This document shows positions 60,801 through 64,000 of a stretch of 64,000 nt of DNA, in pieces. The stretch covers positions 62,001-126,000 of the forward strand of contig BROI01000029.1 in assembly GCA_027923505.1 (NCBI GenBank), written 5' to 3'. Position numbers and translations under genes: made by a program. Numbering within the stretch: the first letter of the stretch is position 1; every line of letters starts with the position of its first letter. The DNA is from Mayamaea pseudoterrestris (Eukaryota). The notes below the pieces were generated by a model. That model had not been told where the DNA came from and did no database searches. It saw only the letters and a program-made list of their open reading frames with translations.

Positions 60801-62110
60801 TCCCCTGAGACACCAGCCAAGCCTACCATCTTGTAGCGCAGCCTGAATAATGATGTTGTCACTATTCTGGTGTATTTTGGGCACCTACATGGCTTGCTGT
60901 AGGGGCGTTTGAATGTCACGACTTCTGCAGGCTGCGACTGGTGACAAGTTGTCACCAAATACATTGCCATCCCCTGAGACACCCACCAAGCCTACCATCT
61001 TGTCGCGCAGCCTGAATAATGATGTTGGCAGCATTCTGGTGTATTTTGGGCACCTACAGGGCTTGCTGTAGGGGCGTTTGAATGTCACGGCATCTGCGGG
61101 CTGAGACTGGTGACAAGTTGTCACCAAATACATTGCCATCCCCTGAGACACCAGCCAAGCCTACCATCTTGTAGCGCAGCCTGAATAATGATGTTGGCAC
61201 CATTCTGGTGTATTTTGGGCACCTACATGGCTTGCTGTAGGGGCGTTTGAATGTCACGGCATCTGCGGGCTGAGACTGGTGACAAATTGTCACCAAATAC
61301 ATTGCCATCCCCTTAGACACCTGCCAAGCCTACCATCTTGTTGCGCAGCCTGAATAATGATGTTGTCACCATTCTGGTGTAATTTGGACACCTACAGGGC
61401 TTGCTGTAGGGGCGTTTGAATGTCCCGGCATCTGCGGCCTGAGACTGGTGACAAGTTGTCACCAAATACATTGCCATCCCCTGAGACACCAGCCAAGCCT
61501 ACCATCTTGTAGAGCAGCCTGATTAATGATGTTGGCACCATTCTGGTGTATTTGGGGCACCTACAGGGCCTGATGTAGGGGCGTTTGAATGTCATGGCAT
61601 CAGTGGGCTGCGACTGGTGACAAGTTGTCACCAAATACATTGCCATCCCCGGAGACACCAGCCAAGCATACCATCTGGTTGCGCAGCCTGCATAATGATG
61701 TTGGCACCATTCTGGTGTATTTTGGGCACCTACAGGGCCCGATGTAGGGGCGTTTGAATGTCATGGCATCAGTGGGCTGAGACTGGTGACAAGTTGTCAC
61801 CAAATACATTGCCATCCCCGGAGACACCAGCCAAGCCTACCATCTTGTAGCGCAGCCGGAACAATGATGTTGGCACCATTCTGGTGTATTTGGGACACCT
61901 ACAGGGCTTGCTACAGGGGCGTTTGAATGTCACGGCATCTGTGGGCTGAGACTGGTGACAAGTTGTCACCAAATACATTGCCATCTCCTGAGACACCAGC
62001 CAAGCCTACCATCTGGTAGCACCGCCTAAATAACGATGTTGGCACCATTCTGGTGTATTTGGGACACCTACAGGGCTTGCTGTAGGGGCGTTTGAATGTC
62101 ACGGCATCTG
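57876..62110 (-). repeat. Satellite A inverted block (about 25 copies)
   Basis: Reverse complement of the 169-bp monomer; the repeat-derived ORFs switch to the minus strand from 57924. Confidence 0.97.
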
Positions 62111-62505
62111 TAACACCGTTGACGATTTCGCAGTCAACGTCTTACCTCCAAAAAGCTCCGATACAGGGTCCTTGGCCACGGTCTGTACAGCTCTTGATGG
62201 AGATGGCTCGTCGAATAGTCTTGCGCTCGCCACTACACGAATACGACTGCACTCTCGTCGCAAACTAGTAGTTCTATATTGTGAGCTTATCGCTACATCG
62301 CTACATCGACCACTCGGAAGATCATCCGATCAATCCGTTTCTTTCAATCACATTACATCAGTCGTAACTGGTCGTTCCATTCATACAACGCATCCACACG
62401 ACGGTTGCGCACTTTCTTCATTCACATGTCACATACGACAGCTGCGGACTCGACACAAGCTAATTAGGGTTCGGGCTCTTGACTTCGCCGCTCTGCGACT
62501 TGTCA
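62111..62505 (-). repeat. Putative 3' LTR (~395 bp)
   Basis: Starts TGACA right after the PPT and ends ...GGTGTTA(CA) at the satellite junction (boundary 62109-62111 is ambiguous). The 5' LTR is outside the window, so this is unconfirmed. Confidence 0.7.
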
Positions 62506-63998
62506 CTCCCCTCGGGTACGCTGCTGGTCGTAGCCGCATTCTTGTCCTTCACAATCGCATACGATGTATCGCCGCGCCAAAACAATACTGGCTTGAGCAA
62601 TGGCATCGCATCACAGTACGGCAGGTACTTCGTCAGTACGTCCGCAATGTTCTCCTTTCCGTCAATCTTCACAAACTTGATAATCCCCGCAGCAACTGCC
62701 CAACGAACACGATGGTAGGCCAACGCATTGTGTCGCTTGGACAATGTCGAACTCGGGATTGTAGATTGTGTAATCACTGCTTGGTTGTCTCCGTACATCC
62801 AGGCAGACTTCTCCAATGGTACGCCCATAGCCATGAGCGACGCGCGTAGAGAAATGCTGATATCCGTTCCACTCTTTGCTACGCCGAATTCCGATCCGAA
62901 GGTCGCAGTCTCGACTGTAGCCTGGAGTTTGCAATGCCAGTCGACAGGCGTCTGGTTGACAAATGACAAAACTCCTTCCAATGACTTGCCTGTCACCATG
63001 CAATGCATGAGACACGCATCCTCGAAAGTTGATGTTCGTACAGTCACACCCTTTGGCGGTGGGTAGACGTCCAACATCTCATCAACTCCGTCCTTCCCGT
63101 AAACGCTGCGCTCCCAATCTTGTTCCTCCATGGTGCCGAAGTGCTCCTCGTTGGCTGGCCACTTCGTACGGAAACGGATTGCTGCGTCCGGTAACTCTCG
63201 TAAATATCCACAGACTCGCTTCACCCGCTGCAGGTGTCCCTTGCGCGGCTCCACACGGAATCGCGACAGACTCACAACTGCAACGGCAATGTCAAATCGT
63301 CCCAAAGTAATCGCCCACTGAAGTGCTCCGACTAGAGACTGGTAAATCTTCTTCTCTTGGTCGTTCAGTAGCTCGCTTTGGTCAAGTTCTGGATGATCGT
63401 CTTTGTCGATTGGTGATGAGTACTTCTTCGGAGGACCTTCAAACAAACGCTCGTACTGCGCCAAGAGTTTCGCAACGTAGGTCTTGGCCGACCAGTAAAG
63501 AGTTCCGTCAGGGTCTCGTCCAAAGTCACCGCCGAGATGATACTCGGGATGTCCAACACCTTTGAGCTTAAACTTGTACTTCTCCTCTAGCATCTTGAAG
63601 AACGCTGCTGGATCGTCTGAAATATTCAACAGATCGTCGACCCATACACAGAGGTAGTCGTAGCTGTCGCCGGCGTCCTTGATCCACAGATCGGAATCGC
63701 AATAGGACGGCTTCCACCCTTCCGCAAGTAGGGCGTCGGCTAAGCGTTCGTGAAATCGTGCTCCGCTCGTTCGCAATCCGTACAAAGCCTTGACGATGAC
63801 CAGGATGTGTCCTTCGCGCTCCCCGAACTCGGGGCCTCCAACGAAGTATACCTTCTCCTTGGTGAACGCTTCGAGATAAGCATTCCCAATGTCACCGACC
63901 ATGCACTTCTTGCCGTTCGCTTCTCCAATGACGAGAGCTAGACGCATTGCCTTCAATGAGATAACACTGGAGTAGGCATCGTCGTTGTCTTTCGTCAT
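62460..63998 (-). CDS. pol: Copia pol polyprotein, partial (reverse transcriptase plus RNase H)
   Basis: GDIGNAYL, KALYGLRTSG, CVWVDDLL, YQSLVGALQW, TVETATFGSEF, YGDNQAV, HNALAYHRVR and ENIADVLTK in an uninterrupted frame. Confidence 0.95.
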   Translation of the reverse strand: MTKDNDDAYSSVISLKAMRLALVIGEANGKKCMVGDIGNAYLEAFTKEKVYFVGGPEFGEREGHILVIVKALYGLRTSGARFHERLADALLAEGWKPSYCDSDLWIKDAGDSYDYLCVWVDDLLNISDDPAAFFKMLEEKYKFKLKGVGHPEYHLGGDFGRDPDGTLYWSAKTYVAKLLAQYERLFEGPPKKYSSPIDKDDHPELDQSELLNDQEKKIYQSLVGALQWAITLGRFDIAVAVVSLSRFRVEPRKGHLQRVKRVCGYLRELPDAAIRFRTKWPANEEHFGTMEEQDWERSVYGKDGVDEMLDVYPPPKGVTVRTSTFEDACLMHCMVTGKSLEGVLSFVNQTPVDWHCKLQATVETATFGSEFGVAKSGTDISISLRASLMAMGVPLEKSAWMYGDNQAVITQSTIPSSTLSKRHNALAYHRVRWAVAAGIIKFVKIDGKENIADVLTKYLPYCDAMPLLKPVLFWRGDTSYAIVKDKNAATTSSVPEGSDKSQSGEVKSPNPN

Positions 63999-64000
63999 GT

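Larger units (their letters stand above)
62111..64000 (-). mobile_element. Ty1/copia (CoDi-like) LTR retrotransposon, 3' part: RT-RNase H, PPT and 3' LTR
   Basis: RT and RNase H motifs. On the minus strand the PPT GAGGGGAG (62506-62513) is followed by TGACAAG. The element abuts satellite A abruptly and continues beyond the window. Confidence 0.95.

Noticed and set aside
49233..62102. Dozens of near-identical 60-137 aa ORFs (MSQGMAMYLVTTCHQSQP...)
   Set aside because: Artefacts of translating a 169-bp (3n+1) satellite. Frames rotate each monomer, most starts are non-ATG, and stops and indels vary freely.
62497..62506. LTR start GTGACAAGT matches half of the satellite A dyad
   Set aside because: Only 9 bp with no extended similarity, so compatible with chance. 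Not enough to derive the satellite from the LTR.
62172..62849. 225-aa plus-strand ORF over the LTR and RNase H
   Set aside because: Antisense to copia pol, non-ATG start and no recognisable motifs.

Overview
Gene-dense eukaryotic DNA, most likely from a diatom. This is inferred from short GT-AG introns, an S-A-F bipartite plastid-targeting motif and a CoDi-like copia element. Positions 1-49 kb hold about 22 protein-coding genes: a thermolysin-like M4 peptidase, amino-acid permease, CstF-64, Bet1 SNARE, adenylate kinase, ankyrin/TRP-like membrane protein, Miro GTPase, TatB-like protein, TTI1, APH/choline-kinase-like protein, DOT1-like methyltransferase, BCP1, a DUF5522-MMAB fusion, CAX, a FLASH-N-like coiled-coil protein, a MYND/LRR protein and several hypotheticals. 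Two minisatellites and a cluster of co-varying hairpins lie between these genes. From about 49.25 kb the sequence becomes a gene-free, CpG-poor, roughly 13-kb satellite domain. It consists of a dyad-rich 169-bp satellite, an embedded unrelated ~172/187-bp satellite with 4-mer higher-order structure, and a strand inversion at ~57,875, and it ends at the 3' LTR of a Ty1/copia element. This domain is a candidate satellite-type centromere or heterochromatin block and is the most notable structure in the window. All protein identities come from motif recognition by eye; no database searches were run.
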